Assembly (NCBI GenBank): GCA_022450705.1
Contig: JAKUPP010000004.1
Coordinates: 1 to 49,135, forward strand
Source of the DNA: Alphaproteobacteria bacterium
Lineage (GTDB): Bacteria > Pseudomonadota > Alphaproteobacteria > GCA-002720895
Length of the DNA: 49,135 nucleotides
Reading direction: 5' to 3'
Shown: positions 27,825 to 38,619 of the stretch, in pieces
Position numbering within the stretch: the first letter of the stretch is position 1
How the letters are laid out: each line of letters starts with the position of its first letter
Translations under genes and position numbers: made by a program
Notes under the pieces: generated by a model
What the model was told of the DNA's origin: nothing
Seen by the model: the letters and a program-made list of their open reading frames with translations, nothing else
Database searches by the model: none

Positions 27825-29164
27825 TATAATCCGCCTTTAAAATCGGTTTTTTTTAATAAATCTTGATACTGATGAGCAAATAAATGTGATTGAATTTGGC
27901 CTATTGTATCCATCATTACTACAACCACAATTAGTAAACTTGTTCCTCCAAAATAAAAAGGTACAGAGAATTTAGATATTAATATTTCAGGAATTATACA
28001 AACAGTACCCAAATATAATGCTCCTACAAGAGTCAATCTTGTTAAAACATAATCAAAATATTGTGCTGTATTTTCTCCTGGTCTTATTCCAGGAACAAAA
28101 CCTCCGTTCTTTTTTAAATTATCCGCTGTTTCTTGAGGATTAAAAACAATAGATGTATAAAAAAAACAAAAGAAAACTATTAATGAAAAATATAAGATTA
28201 AATATATTGGTTTTCCATGACCAAGATAGGTGCTCAAAAAATTAATAAATCCTGGACCTTTACCTCCTGATAATCCACTTAAAGTTAATGGTAAAAGTAA
28301 AACCGAAGAAGCAAAAATTGCAGGAATTACTCCGGACATATTTAACTTAAGTGGCATATGGCTACCTTCACCACCATACATTTTATTTCCTATCTGCCTT
28401 TTTGGATACTGAACAAATATTCTTCTTTGAGCCCTTTCCATAAAAACTATAAATATAAATATTAGTACTATAAAAAAAATTAATGCTATTACAAAAAATG
28501 GAGATAGTGCTCCAGTTCTAACTAATTCAGCTGTTCCAGCAATAGCAGACGGTAGATTTGCCACTATTCCAGCAAATATTATTAAAGATATACCATTACC
28601 AATTCCGCGTTGAGTTATTTGTTCACCTAACCACAATAAAAAAATTGTGCCTCCAATAATAGTAATTACTGTGCTAAGTCTAAAAAAAAGTCCAGGGTCG
28701 ATAACAGCTGATCCAGATCCTCCTCCCATACTCTCAAGTCCTATTGATAAACCATATCCTTGAAAAGTTGCTAATAATACTGTTCCATATCTAGTATATT
28801 GATTTATTTTTTGTCTTCCTAATTCCCCACCTTCTTTTTTTAACTGAGAAAGTGTAGGATTTAAATGAGTTAATAACGACATTATAATTGACGCTGAAAT
28901 ATATGGCATAACACCAAGTGCAAATATACTCATCCTTTGAACTGCACCACCCACAAACATATCAAACATACCTAGTAAGCCACTGGAGTTTTGGGCAAAA
29001 ATTTCTTGAAATATATCAGAATTAATACCTGGAATTGGTATAAAAGTACCTAATCTATAAACTACTAAAGCAAATAAAACAAATACAATTTTTTTTTGAA
29101 GATCTTTTGCCTTGCTAAAAGCACCCATATTGGCTTGAGCGTTTGTATGGTCAGTAGAAGACAT
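27824..29164 (-). CDS. secY: Preprotein translocase SecY
   Basis: SIFALGVMPYISASII, GIGNGISLII, PGIRPG, FGGTSLLIVV. Confidence 0.97.
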   Translation of the reverse strand: MSSTDHTNAQANMGAFSKAKDLQKKIVFVLFALVVYRLGTFIPIPGINSDIFQEIFAQNSSGLLGMFDMFVGGAVQRMSIFALGVMPYISASIIMSLLTHLNPTLSQLKKEGGELGRQKINQYTRYGTVLLATFQGYGLSIGLESMGGGSGSAVIDPGLFFRLSTVITIIGGTIFLLWLGEQITQRGIGNGISLIIFAGIVANLPSAIAGTAELVRTGALSPFFVIALIFFIVLIFIFIVFMERAQRRIFVQYPKRQIGNKMYGGEGSHMPLKLNMSGVIPAIFASSVLLLPLTLSGLSGGKGPGFINFLSTYLGHGKPIYLILYFSLIVFFCFFYTSIVFNPQETADNLKKNGGFVPGIRPGENTAQYFDYVLTRLTLVGALYLGTVCIIPEILISKFSVPFYFGGTSLLIVVVVMMDTIGQIQSHLFAHQYQDLLKKTDFKGGL

Positions 29165-29167
29165 TTT

Positions 29168-29707
29168 TTATTTTTCTATATTATCTTTATTTAGTTCTTT
29201 TTTAATAGGATCTTTTTTTAAATTCTTATCTTTTTTTAAGATATTAGTAGAGACCTTAATGATATTAATTTTTCCACCAATTTTTTCTATTTTTATAATT
29301 GCATTTTTACTTGCTTTATTTGCTTGAATATTAACCTTAGATTTAATATCACCTTTTCCTAAAATCTTTATACCGCTTAACTTTTTTTTTATTATTTTCT
29401 TTTTTAATAACAATTCTTCTGTAATTTCATCTTTAATATCCAATTTCTTTTTATCTATTAAGCTTTGTATTTCTAATAAATTAAAAGAATTAAATTCTTT
29501 TTTAAAATAATTTTTAAATCCTCTTTTTGGTAATCGTCTATACAAAGGCATTTGTCCGCCTTCAAAACCTTGGAGGGACACGCCTGATCTTGATTTCTGA
29601 CCTTTATGACCTCTTCCTGAAGTTTTTCCAGTTCCAGAACCAATACCTCTACCTAATCTTTTTCTGGATATTTTTTTTTTTCTCAAATTAATTAAAGTAT
29701 TAAGCAT
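29168..29707 (-). CDS. rplO: 50S ribosomal protein L15
   Basis: GRGIGSGTGKTSGRGHKGQKSR, FEGGQMPLYRRLPKRGF. Confidence 0.97.
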   Translation of the reverse strand: MLNTLINLRKKKISRKRLGRGIGSGTGKTSGRGHKGQKSRSGVSLQGFEGGQMPLYRRLPKRGFKNYFKKEFNSFNLLEIQSLIDKKKLDIKDEITEELLLKKKIIKKKLSGIKILGKGDIKSKVNIQANKASKNAIIKIEKIGGKINIIKVSTNILKKDKNLKKDPIKKELNKDNIEK

Positions 29708-29712
29708 TGTTC

Positions 29713-29913
29713 TTAACTATTCTCAATTTTTACTAAATGATTTACTTTTTTAAGTAAGCCTTTAGTAGATTTATTTATAACAATTGTTCTAGATGCTCCA
29801 ATTTTTTTTAAACCTAATGAAATTAAATGTTTTTCTTGGATTTTATCTCTTCCAATAGTACTTTTAATTTTTGTAACCTTAAAGGTTTTATTTGTTATCG
29901 TTTCTTTTTTCAT
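29713..29913 (-). CDS. rpmD: 50S ribosomal protein L30
   Basis: KSTIGR...[12 protein letters not shown]; position between rpsE and rplO. Confidence 0.88.
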   Translation of the reverse strand: MKKETITNKTFKVTKIKSTIGRDKIQEKHLISLGLKKIGASRTIVINKSTKGLLKKVNHLVKIENS

Positions 29914-30445
29914 TTGATTTCTTTTTAAAATATAAATCGGTTACTTGCTTACCACGTCTCTCAGCAATTTTTTTTATGTCGTCTAATCTGCCTAATGCAT
30001 CAAAAGTTGCTCGAACCATATTATGTGGATTAGTTGTTCCAATTGACTTGGCGACAACATCATGTACTCCTAATGCTTCAAAAACTGACCTTATAGGTCC
30101 GCCGGCTATAATACCTGTTCCTGGAGGGGCTGATCTAAGTAAAACTTTTCCAGATCCATGCCTCCCTAGTACATCATAAAAGAAAGTTCTGTTCTTTTTT
30201 AAAGGAAAATATTTCATGTTTCTTTTTGCTTTATCAGTTGCCTTTTTTATTGACTCGGGGAACTCTTTTGCCTTACCATTTCCAAAACCTGCTTTCCCTT
30301 TTCCATTTCCTACAACAACCAAAGCAGCTGTTCCAAATCTTCTACCGCCTTTAACAACTTTAGAAACTCTATTTACATAAACAACTTTTTCTATTAAATT
30401 CTCATCGTTATTATTTCTTTGGTTTTTTCTTACATCAACTTCCAT
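29888..30445 (-). CDS. rpsE: 30S ribosomal protein S5
   Basis: [24 protein letters not shown]. Confidence 0.97.
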   Translation of the reverse strand: MEVDVRKNQRNNNDENLIEKVVYVNRVSKVVKGGRRFGTAALVVVGNGKGKAGFGNGKAKEFPESIKKATDKAKRNMKYFPLKKNRTFFYDVLGRHGSGKVLLRSAPPGTGIIAGGPIRSVFEALGVHDVVAKSIGTTNPHNMVRATFDALGRLDDIKKIAERRGKQVTDLYFKKKSNEKRNDNK

Positions 30446-30447
30446 AA

Positions 30448-30807
30448 TTAAAAATCCAATCCTGCTTTTCTTGCACTATCTGCTAACGCTTTAATTCTTC
30501 CATGGTAAAGATATTTACCTCTATCAAAAATTACTTTTTTAATTCCTTTTTCCATTGCTTTTTCTGCTAAAATTTTTCCAATTTCAGTTGCAGCTTCTTT
30601 ATTTCCTGTATTTTTAAACTTTGATTTAATCTTTTTATCTAATGTTGATGATGAAAGCAATGTTTTTCCTTTATTATCATCTATTATTTGAGCATAAATG
30701 TTTTTTGAAGATCTAAATACTGATAATCTATAACGACCATTAGCGCTTTTTTTTATTTTTTCTCTCGTACGTGTTTGTCTCAAAATATTTTTATCCATAA
30801 TATTCAT
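30448..30807 (-). CDS. rplR: 50S ribosomal protein L18
   Basis: [33 protein letters not shown]. Confidence 0.96.
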   Translation of the reverse strand: MNIMDKNILRQTRTREKIKKSANGRYRLSVFRSSKNIYAQIIDDNKGKTLLSSSTLDKKIKSKFKNTGNKEAATEIGKILAEKAMEKGIKKVIFDRGKYLYHGRIKALADSARKAGLDF

Positions 30808-30810
30808 TTA

Positions 30811-31344
30811 TTATTTTTTCTTCCCTTCTTTTCTAAAGATATATTCATTCTCGTATTTTATTCCTTTTCCTTTATATGGCTCAGGTTTTCTAAATGATCT
30901 TATATCAGCAGCAACTTGTCCTACCTGTGTTTTGTTAGAACCTGAAATTTCAATAGTATTTGCATCTGCGCACTTAACATTTATACCTTCTGGAATTTCG
31001 TAATCTATATCATGGCTGTAACCAGCGCTAATTTTTAAAATTTTTCCCTGTAATTGTGCTTTGTAACCAGTTCCTACAAGTTTTAGGACTTTTTTAAATT
31101 CGTTTATACATCCTAAAATAATATTATTTAATAAACTTCTAGTCGTTCCCCAAATCATTTTAGTTTTCTTATTTATTTCTTTTGGTTTTATTAATATTTG
31201 TTTATTTTCAATTGAAACAATAAGATCTTTAGAAAATTCAAATTGTTTTTCTCCAGATTTATCTTTTACAATTATATTTGTTTCTTTTAATGTAACTTCA
31301 ATACCCTCTGGTATTTCTATCGGTGTATTTCCTGTTCTAGACAT
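30811..31344 (-). CDS. rplF: 50S ribosomal protein L6
   Basis: MSR.G, RKPEPYKGKGIKY. Confidence 0.97.
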   Translation of the reverse strand: MSRTGNTPIEIPEGIEVTLKETNIIVKDKSGEKQFEFSKDLIVSIENKQILIKPKEINKKTKMIWGTTRSLLNNIILGCINEFKKVLKLVGTGYKAQLQGKILKISAGYSHDIDYEIPEGINVKCADANTIEISGSNKTQVGQVAADIRSFRKPEPYKGKGIKYENEYIFRKEGKKK

Positions 31345-31353
31345 ATAAAAAAA

Positions 31354-31752
31354 TTAAAAAACTTGGCACAAAATTTCACCGCTTAAATTTGAAATTCTTG
31401 CCTTTTTATCAGTCATTACTCCTTTTGAGGTTGAAACAATAGTTATACCATATCCTTTAAAATAAGATGGTAGACTTTTAAGTTTAGAATAAACTCTTCG
31501 ACCAGGTTTAGAAATTCTAGAAATTATTTTTATTGAAGATTCTCCATTTACATATGACAAAATAATATTTATTTCTTTTATACCTTTTTTAATCTCATTT
31601 TCCTTAAATGATTTTATGTAACCTTCTTCTTGTAAAATTTTTAATATATTTATTTTTAATTTAGATGATGGGGTTTTAACAGACTCTTTTGACAATAATA
31701 ATCCGTTTCTAATTGTTGTTATCATATCTGATATTGTATCTGTAACTACCAT
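31354..31752 (-). CDS. rpsH: 30S ribosomal protein S8
   Basis: D.ISDMIT.IRN, SKPGRRVY, STSKGVMT. Confidence 0.96.
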   Translation of the reverse strand: MVVTDTISDMITTIRNGLLLSKESVKTPSSKLKINILKILQEEGYIKSFKENEIKKGIKEINIILSYVNGESSIKIISRISKPGRRVYSKLKSLPSYFKGYGITIVSTSKGVMTDKKARISNLSGEILCQVF

Positions 31753-31759
31753 ATTTTTT

Positions 31760-32065
31760 TTACCAACTTGATTTTATTATTCCAGGTAATTTGCCGTCAC
31801 TAGCTAATTCTCTGAAAGCAATTCTTGATAATCTAAATTTTCTATAATTTCCTCTTGGTCGCCCAGTAACAATACATCTGTTTCTTAAACGACAAGGTAG
31901 GCTATTTCTTGGCAATTTTGATAATTTATTAATAGCATCAATCCTTGCTTCGGGACTTGTTTTTTTATTTTTAATTATTTTTTTTAAAGCAATTCTTTTT
32001 TTGCTATATTTTTTTACTAATCTTTCTCTTTTTAAATTACGTTGTATTAAACTTAATCTTGTCAT
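31760..32065 (-). CDS. rpsN: 30S ribosomal protein S14 (long, Zn-independent type)
   Basis: RNRC.VTGRPRG, LSRIAFRELA..GKLPG.IKSSW; 101 aa. Confidence 0.96.
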   Translation of the reverse strand: MTRLSLIQRNLKRERLVKKYSKKRIALKKIIKNKKTSPEARIDAINKLSKLPRNSLPCRLRNRCIVTGRPRGNYRKFRLSRIAFRELASDGKLPGIIKSSW

Positions 32066-32069
32066 GTTG

Positions 32070-32609
32070 TTATTTGCTTAAAGGAAAATTAAATGCTTTT
32101 AATAAAGATTCTGCTTCATTATTCTTTTTTGTTGAAGTTACAATTGTTACATCCATCCCTTTTACTTTATCTATTTTATCATAGTCAATTTCAGGAAATA
32201 TAATGTGCTCCTTAATACCAAAAGTATAGTTTCCAAAACCATCAAAATTTTTTGATGACAAACCAGAAAAATCTTTAGTTCTAGGTAAAGCAATATTAAT
32301 TAATCTATCAATAAATTCATACATTCTTTTTTTTCTTAAAGTAACTTTACAACCAATAGGCATATTTTCTTTTGTTTTAAAGTTTGCTATAGCTTTTTTT
32401 GTTTTAGTAACAATTGGCATTTGACCAGAAATTTTTTTTAAATCTTCAACAGCAGCTTCCAATTTCTTTTTGTCATTTGCATCTATTCCTAACCCCATAT
32501 TTATAACAATTTTTTTTAATTCTGGTACAGAATAAATATTTTTTAAACCTAGTTCTTTCATTAAATTAGGCTTAATACTTTTTAAATATTCTTCATGTAA
32601 TCTAGACAT
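32070..32609 (-). CDS. rplE: 50S ribosomal protein L5
   Basis: KIVINMG, GCKVTLR, FDGFGNY, IFPEI. Confidence 0.97.
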   Translation of the reverse strand: MSRLHEEYLKSIKPNLMKELGLKNIYSVPELKKIVINMGLGIDANDKKKLEAAVEDLKKISGQMPIVTKTKKAIANFKTKENMPIGCKVTLRKKRMYEFIDRLINIALPRTKDFSGLSSKNFDGFGNYTFGIKEHIIFPEIDYDKIDKVKGMDVTIVTSTKKNNEAESLLKAFNFPLSK

Positions 32610-32928
32610 TTTTTATTATTTCTCCTGTTTTTTTTTCAAATCTAATTTTCTTATTATTTTCGATCTTATAACCGATTTTTGTTTTTTTTCCATCTTTTAT
32701 AGAAATAAATGATAGGTTCGAAATATGTACTGGTAACTCCTTCTCAATTATTCCTCCGCCACTTTTTTTATCTGGTTTTTGATGTTTTTTTACAATATTT
32801 ATTCCTTTAACAATTGCTTTATTTTTTGTTGGAAAAATCGACAATATAGAGCCTGATTTACCTTTATCCTTACCAGATACTACTATTACATTATCTCCTT
32901 TTTTTAATTTTGTTTTTATTTTATCCAT
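32602..32928 (-). CDS. rplX: 50S ribosomal protein L24
   Basis: KKGD.V.V.SGKDKGK, VHISN. Confidence 0.96.
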   Translation of the reverse strand: MDKIKTKLKKGDNVIVVSGKDKGKSGSILSIFPTKNKAIVKGINIVKKHQKPDKKSGGGIIEKELPVHISNLSFISIKDGKKTKIGYKIENNKKIRFEKKTGEIIKNV

Positions 32929-33297
32929 TTATAAAACCTCAGGTGCTAATGAAATAATTTTGGTAAATCTTTTTGATCTCAGCTCTCTAGTAACTGGTCC
33001 AAAAATTCTTGTACCTATTGGTTCGCCTTCTTTTGTTAATAATACTGCTGAATTTTTATCAAACCTTATTGTAGAGCCATCTTCTCTTGAAACGCCTTTT
33101 TTAGTTCTTACAACAACAGCCCTTGTCACTTCACCTGTTTTTACTTTTCCATTTGGAATAGCTTCTTTTACTGAAACAACTATTACATCTCCTATGCTTG
33201 CGCTTCTTCTATGTGAACCTCCTAATACTTTTATACATTGAACTAATTTAGCACCAGAATTATCCGCAACGTTTAATTTTGTTTCTGTTATAATCAT
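32929..33297 (-). CDS. rplN: 50S ribosomal protein L14
   Basis: [27 protein letters not shown]. Confidence 0.97.
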   Translation of the reverse strand: MIITETKLNVADNSGAKLVQCIKVLGGSHRRSASIGDVIVVSVKEAIPNGKVKTGEVTRAVVVRTKKGVSREDGSTIRFDKNSAVLLTKEGEPIGTRIFGPVTRELRSKRFTKIISLAPEVL

Positions 33298-33548
33298 TTA
33301 TCTGCTTTTTCCATTTTTTTCTCATTAAACAAAACAAATTTTTTTGTTTTTGAAATAGGTCTAGATTCAATAATTTGAACAACATCCCCTATTTTACTTA
33401 CGTTTTCTTCATCATGAACTGCAAACTTTTTATTTTTTCTTAAAATTTTTTTATATTTTTTATGCATGTATGTTGATTCAACATCAACAATTATAGTTTT
33501 TTCACTTTTATTTCTTATGACTTTACCTTTAAGTATTCTTTTTGGCAT
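33294..33548 (-). CDS. rpsQ: 30S ribosomal protein S17
   Basis: [20 protein letters not shown]. Confidence 0.96.
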   Translation of the reverse strand: MPKRILKGKVIRNKSEKTIIVDVESTYMHKKYKKILRKNKKFAVHDEENVSKIGDVVQIIESRPISKTKKFVLFNEKKMEKADK

Positions 33549-33744
33549 TCTTTTCCCCTAAAAAATCTTCATTTAATTTTGTTTTTATTTTAGCAATATC
33601 TTTTTTAACTTGATCAATTCTTCCAGTTTTTTCTAATTGACCATTTTTTTTTTGAAATCTAAGATTATAATTCTCTTTCTTTAAATCAATTAACAAATCA
33701 TTTAATTCATCTTTAGTTTTTTTTTTTATTTCAGTATATTTCAT
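33529..33744 (-). CDS. rpmC: 50S ribosomal protein L29
   Basis: LKKE.YNLRFQ..GQLE, KKDIAKIKT. Confidence 0.93.
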   Translation of the reverse strand: MKYTEIKKKTKDELNDLLIDLKKENYNLRFQKKNGQLEKTGRIDQVKKDIAKIKTKLNEDFLGEKNAKKNT

Positions 33745-34158
33745 TTAAGCATCCATTCTTTTAATAAAAAACGATTTTATTGGAAGCTTAGCTGCTCCCA
33801 ATAACAAAGCATTTTTTGCAATATCTTCACTGACACCGTCTACTTCAAAAAGAATTCTTCCTGGATGTATTCTACTAACCCAAAATTCAACACTTCCTTT
33901 ACCTTTACCCATTCTGACTTCAGCTGGTTTCTTACTAACTGGAACATCAGGAAATATTCTAATCCACACCCTTCCTTCTCTTTGCATTTCTCTTGTAATT
34001 GCTCTTCTTGCTGCTTCAATTTGTCTAGCATTAATTCTACCTGGATTACGTGCTTTTAAACCATAACTTCCAAAATTTAATTTGGAACCCGATTGCGCTT
34101 TACCATGGATTCTACCTTTATGTTGTTTTCTAAATTTTGGTTTTGATGGTTGTAACAT
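33745..34158 (-). CDS. rplP: 50S ribosomal protein L16
   Basis: [23 protein letters not shown]. Confidence 0.97.
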   Translation of the reverse strand: MLQPSKPKFRKQHKGRIHGKAQSGSKLNFGSYGLKARNPGRINARQIEAARRAITREMQREGRVWIRIFPDVPVSKKPAEVRMGKGKGSVEFWVSRIHPGRILFEVDGVSEDIAKNALLLGAAKLPIKSFFIKRMDA

Positions 34159-34170
34159 TTTTTTTTTTTA

Positions 34171-34833
34171 TTAATTATTTTTTTTATTATTATTAATATT
34201 TTCTTCTTTTGATAATTTTTCTCCTTTATATAACCAAACTTTTACTCCGCAAGTACCATATGTTGTTTTAGCAGTAGAGGTTGCATAATCAATATTTGCA
34301 CGCAATGTGTGTAATGGGACCCTACCTTCTTTAAACCATTCAACTCTAGCAATCTCTGCGCCGCCGATCCTTCCTCCAACACATACTCTTATGCCTTGAG
34401 CGCCTAACTTTAATGCTGATTGCACAGCTCTTTTCATAACTCTTTTTGTTGCTGCACGATTTTCTAATTGCATTGCTATGTTATCAGCAACAACCTTTGC
34501 ATCTAATTCTGGTTTTTTTGTTTCGACAATATTTAAATTTATTTCTGAACCAGTTAATTTTGATAATTCTTTTCTTAATTTTTCTATATCTGAGCCTTTT
34601 TTACCAATAATAATTCCGGGCCTTGATGCATGTATAGCGATAATGATTTTTTTTGAAGATCTTTCAATAACAACTCTTGATAATCCTGCTTTTTTTAGTT
34701 CTGATTCTATATATTTTCTAATTTTTAAATCAATTTCTAAAAAAGCACCATATTTATCTTCAGAGTACCAATTTGAATCCCAAGTTCTATTAATTCCTAA
34801 TCTTAATCCGGATGGATTTACTTTTTGTCCCAT
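34171..34833 (-). CDS. rpsC: 30S ribosomal protein S3
   Basis: [22 protein letters not shown]. Confidence 0.97.
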   Translation of the reverse strand: MGQKVNPSGLRLGINRTWDSNWYSEDKYGAFLEIDLKIRKYIESELKKAGLSRVVIERSSKKIIIAIHASRPGIIIGKKGSDIEKLRKELSKLTGSEINLNIVETKKPELDAKVVADNIAMQLENRAATKRVMKRAVQSALKLGAQGIRVCVGGRIGGAEIARVEWFKEGRVPLHTLRANIDYATSTAKTTYGTCGVKVWLYKGEKLSKEENINNNKKNN

Positions 34834-35330
34834 TATTTATTTACCTCCTTGTTACTACTTTTTTTACCTTCTTTTTTAATTTTTTCTTTTTTATTTATTT
34901 CTTTTACATCACTTTTTTCTTTTAATTTAATAGTTAAATTACTAAAAGGTTTTAAGATTCTAACACCTCTTCCTTTTGCTCTTGGTTTAAATCTTTTCAT
35001 TACTAAACCTTTACCAACTGAAGCTTCATGTACATATAATTTATCTACATCTAATTGATGATTGTTTTCTGCATTTGCAATAGCAGACTGAAGAGCTTTT
35101 TTTATTTGGTAAGAAATACGTTTCTGAGAAAATGATAAATAATTTAGAGCTTTCTCTACATTTAAACCTCTTATTGGTGAAATAATTAAATTTAATTTTT
35201 TTGGACTTACTCTAATAGATTTTAAATATACTTTAGCAAAATCATTCTCGTTTTTTATGTTTTCTGCTACAACGTTTTTTTTTTTATCTTTTTTATTTAT
35301 ATCTTCATTTATTTTATTTTCCTCAGCCAT
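34833..35330 (-). CDS. rplV: 50S ribosomal protein L22 (N- and C-terminal extensions)
   Basis: [23 protein letters not shown]. Confidence 0.95.
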   Translation of the reverse strand: MAEENKINEDINKKDKKKNVVAENIKNENDFAKVYLKSIRVSPKKLNLIISPIRGLNVEKALNYLSFSQKRISYQIKKALQSAIANAENNHQLDVDKLYVHEASVGKGLVMKRFKPRAKGRGVRILKPFSNLTIKLKEKSDVKEINKKEKIKKEGKKSSNKEVNK

Positions 35331-35750
35331 TTATTTCTTTTCCCCCTTACTTTCTTCTTTTGGTTTATTATCGGTTGGTTTTTCTTGCGCTGGTTTTTCT
35401 GGAGACGTTGCAGTTGATGGTGGAGATGATGCTCCAGGTGCGGTTGTTGTTCCAGGCGCAGTTGTTGTCGGTTTTGTTTCTACTTTACTTACAGCAGAAT
35501 GGGATTGAAAATTTCTAGTTGGTGAAAATTCTCCAAATTTATGTCCAACCATATTTTCATTTACGCTAACAGGTATAAATTTATTTCCATTATAAACACC
35601 AAAAGTTAAACCTACAAATTCAGGTAAAATTGTTGACCTTCTGGTCCAAATCTTTATTACTTGGTTTGTTTTACCAGATTTTCGAACATCATCGGCTTTT
35701 TTTAAAAGGTACTCTTCATAAAATGGTCCTTTCCATGTTGATCTAGTCAT
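35331..35750 (-). CDS. rpsS: 30S ribosomal protein S19 with long Thr/Pro/Ser-rich tail
   Basis: [20 protein letters not shown]; 139 aa. Confidence 0.96.
   Translation of the reverse strand: MTRSTWKGPFYEEYLLKKADDVRKSGKTNQVIKIWTRRSTILPEFVGLTFGVYNGNKFIPVSVNENMVGHKFGEFSPTRNFQSHSAVSKVETKPTTTAPGTTTAPGASSPPSTATSPEKPAQEKPTDNKPKEESKGEKK
35433..35468 (-). repeat. 18-bp tandem repeat x2 encoding [12 protein letters not shown] in the S19 tail
   Basis: Plus strand TCCAGGTGCGGTTGTTGT / TCCAGGCGCAGTTGTTGT, 16/18 identical, both differences synonymous. Confidence 0.85.
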
Positions 35751-36572
35751 TTATTTAACTCTCCTTGATCTTACAATCGATCTATCTGTTTTTTTATTTT
35801 TTCTAGTTTTATAGCCTTTTGTTGGTTTTCCCCAAGGAGTAGACGGGTGTCTTCCTCCTGATGTTCTTCCTTCGCCGCCCCCGTGTGGGTGGTCAATTGG
35901 ATTCATTGCTACTCCTCTTACTTTAGGTCTAAAACCAAGCCATCTTTTTCTACCAGCGCTTCCTATTTTAATGTTTTTATTATCTAGATTTGATACTGTT
36001 CCAACTGTCGCGAAACAATTCTCATTTACATTCTTTATTTCACCTGAATTTAATTTTATTATTGCATTACCTCCATCTATTGCTAATAAACTAACTGACG
36101 ATCCTGCTGATCTTGCAATTTGTGCTCCTTTACCAGGTTTTAATTCTACATTATGTAAAACTGTACCAACTGGAATGTTTTTTAATGGCATTGAATTTCC
36201 AATTCTTATATCAACTTTATCTCCAGATTGAACTTTATCGCCAATTTTTAATTTATCTGGAGCAATAATGTATGATTTAGTTTTGTCTTCATATTCTATT
36301 AATGCAATGCGTGCTGTTCTTATTGGGTCATATTCAATGCGAATTACTGAAGCTGGAATATCAAATTTTGTTCTTTTAAAATCAATAACTCTAAATTTCT
36401 TTTTATGTCCTCCTCCTCGGTGGCGTGAAGTAATTCTACCTGAATTGTTTCTACCAGCTTTTGAGGTATATTTCTTAGTTAAAGATTTCTCAGATGACCC
36501 TTTCCATAAATGAGCTCTTTCAGACAAAACTGCGTGTCTTCTAGTCGATGTATATGGTTTAAAATTCTTCAT
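35751..36572 (-). CDS. rplB: 50S ribosomal protein L2
   Basis: [31 protein letters not shown]. Confidence 0.97.
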   Translation of the reverse strand: MKNFKPYTSTRRHAVLSERAHLWKGSSEKSLTKKYTSKAGRNNSGRITSRHRGGGHKKKFRVIDFKRTKFDIPASVIRIEYDPIRTARIALIEYEDKTKSYIIAPDKLKIGDKVQSGDKVDIRIGNSMPLKNIPVGTVLHNVELKPGKGAQIARSAGSSVSLLAIDGGNAIIKLNSGEIKNVNENCFATVGTVSNLDNKNIKIGSAGRKRWLGFRPKVRGVAMNPIDHPHGGGEGRTSGGRHPSTPWGKPTKGYKTRKNKKTDRSIVRSRRVK

Positions 36573-36576
36573 TTTT

Positions 36577-36909
36577 TTAAATTCCAGTTGTTATATCAAT
36601 TTTTTGTCCTTTTTCTAGTGAAATAATTGCCTTTTTTTCATTTTTCCTTCTTCCTACTTTACCTTTAAATCTTTTAGTTTTTCCCTTTGATACAATTATA
36701 TTTATTTTTTTTACATTAACTCTAAATAGCTTTTCAACTGCTTCTTTTACATTCTTTTTAGTAACATCCATAGGTATAGAAAAAATTACCTGTGAATTAT
36801 TTGATAATAAAGTAGCTTTTTCTGTAATGATTGGCTTTTGTATTGAGTCGTACAATTTTGTAGAAACTTTATTTTCTTTTTTTATTTTTTCTTTTTTTTT
36901 GAAAATCAT
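36577..36909 (-). CDS. rplW: 50S ribosomal protein L23
   Basis: PIITEK, AVEKLF.V.V, KKAI. Confidence 0.94.
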   Translation of the reverse strand: MIFKKKEKIKKENKVSTKLYDSIQKPIITEKATLLSNNSQVIFSIPMDVTKKNVKEAVEKLFRVNVKKINIIVSKGKTKRFKGKVGRRKNEKKAIISLEKGQKIDITTGI

Positions 36910-37532
36910 ATTAATTTTTTTTCAACCTCTACAAGTGCGTCTTTAGAAATTATTAAATTATTAAATTTTAAAATATCATAAACATTCATGCCTACTACAG
37001 GTAAAAGATTTATATTGTTAATATTTAAAATTGATTGTTTAAAACTTTTATCATTTTTATTAGAACTACTATCGATTATTAAAGCTGATTTAATTTTCAA
37101 TTTTTCTAATTTTTTCACAATTTCCTTAGTTGAAGTTTTGGTTATAGATATTTTGTCAATAATAATAATCTTTTTTTCTTTTTCTTTTACAGATAATGCT
37201 GTCTTTAAACCAAGTTTTCTTATTTTTTTTGGAAGTTTCTTTTTATGATCTCTTAAAACAGGGCCATGAGTCACTCCTCCTCCTCTTAAAATATTTGTTT
37301 TTAGATTTCCTCTACGAGCGCGTCCTGTTCCTTTTTGCTTAAAAGCTTTAGCTGTTGTTCCTACAATTTCAGAACGTTGTTTTGCCTTATGTGAACCTTG
37401 TCTTCTATTTGCTAACTGCCAATTTACAACTTCTTTTAAAATATCTCTTCTTATAGGTAGGGAAAATATACTTTTTTTTAATTCCACTGAGCCTACTTTT
37501 TTTGAATCTAAATTTATTATATCATGCTTCAT
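36906..37532 (-). CDS. rplD: 50S ribosomal protein L4
   Basis: RRQG, KQKGTGRAR, GGGVTHGP. Confidence 0.96.
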   Translation of the reverse strand: MKHDIINLDSKKVGSVELKKSIFSLPIRRDILKEVVNWQLANRRQGSHKAKQRSEIVGTTAKAFKQKGTGRARRGNLKTNILRGGGVTHGPVLRDHKKKLPKKIRKLGLKTALSVKEKEKKIIIIDKISITKTSTKEIVKKLEKLKIKSALIIDSSSNKNDKSFKQSILNINNINLLPVVGMNVYDILKFNNLIISKDALVEVEKKLI

Positions 37533-37534
37533 AA

Positions 37535-38296
37535 TTATTTTTTATCCTCTTTCGGTTTTTGATCATTTGATTTTTCATTAGAAGGTTCTTTTGCTTCAGC
37601 TTTTTTTTCTTTTTTAGACGAGTCCTCTGTTATTTCTTCTTTTTTAATTTTTACTAACAATGATTTTGGTTTAATAGCATCCCTAATAACCAATAAAGTT
37701 CCTTTTGAACCAGGAACCGATCCTTTAATCAAAATTAAACCGTCTTCATTATTTATTTCTACAACTTCTAAATTATGCATGGTTACTTTATTATGCCCCA
37801 TATGACCTGCCATTTTTTTCCCTTTAAAAGTTCTTCCTGGATCTTGACACTGTCCAGTAGAACCGTGACTTCTATGTGAAACTGAAACACCATGAGTTGC
37901 TCTTAAACCTCCAAAATTATGTCTTTTCATAGAACCAGCAAACCCTTTACCGTTTGATTTCCCAATTACATCAACATATTGTCCTACTTTGAAAAAATTT
38001 ACATCTAACGTATCACCTAAATTTATATTTTGGTCATTAGCTACTTTAAATTCTAAAATCTTTTTTTTTGGCTCAATTTTTAATTTGGAGAAATAATTTC
38101 TTATAGGTTTTGTTATTTTTTTTACTTTAATATTGCCCGAGGCAATCTGAACTTGTTTTAAGTTTTTTTGAGATACTTCTCTTACTCTGGTTACATAATT
38201 TTTTTCGACTCCTATTAAAGTAACAGGTACATTTGAACCATCTTCCCTAAAAAATCTTGTCATACCTAATTTCTTTGCAATTATTCCTGCTCTCAT
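37535..38296 (-). CDS. rplC: 50S ribosomal protein L3 (charged C-terminal tail)
   Basis: KLGMT, GKGFAG.MKRH, GSTGQCQDPGR.FKGKKMAG. Confidence 0.97.
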   Translation of the reverse strand: MRAGIIAKKLGMTRFFREDGSNVPVTLIGVEKNYVTRVREVSQKNLKQVQIASGNIKVKKITKPIRNYFSKLKIEPKKKILEFKVANDQNINLGDTLDVNFFKVGQYVDVIGKSNGKGFAGSMKRHNFGGLRATHGVSVSHRSHGSTGQCQDPGRTFKGKKMAGHMGHNKVTMHNLEVVEINNEDGLILIKGSVPGSKGTLLVIRDAIKPKSLLVKIKKEEITEDSSKKEKKAEAKEPSNEKSNDQKPKEDKK

Positions 38297-38310
38297 AATT
38301 TATCTCAATT

Positions 38311-38619
38311 TTAAGTTTTTATTTCTACATCAACGCCTGATGCTATATCTAAATTCATTAATGCATCGACCGTCTGAGGTGTAGGGTTAACAATATCGAT
38401 TAATCTTTTATGTGTTCTCATTTCAAATTGTTCTCTTGATTTTTTATCTACGTGTGGAGATCTTAAAACAGTAAATTTATTCTTTTTTGTTGGCAATGGT
38501 ATTGGGCCAAGAATTTTTGCTCCTGTTTTTTGTGCTGTATTCACAATCTCAACTGTCGATTGATCTAACAATTTATGATCATATGCTTTTAATCTTATGC
38601 GGATATTTTGTTTAGGCAT
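38311..38619 (-). CDS. rpsJ: 30S ribosomal protein S10
   Basis: [31 protein letters not shown]; ATG at 38619 with SD AAGGAG inside the fusA 3' end. Confidence 0.97.
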   Translation of the reverse strand: MPKQNIRIRLKAYDHKLLDQSTVEIVNTAQKTGAKILGPIPLPTKKNKFTVLRSPHVDKKSREQFEMRTHKRLIDIVNPTPQTVDALMNLDIASGVDVEIKT

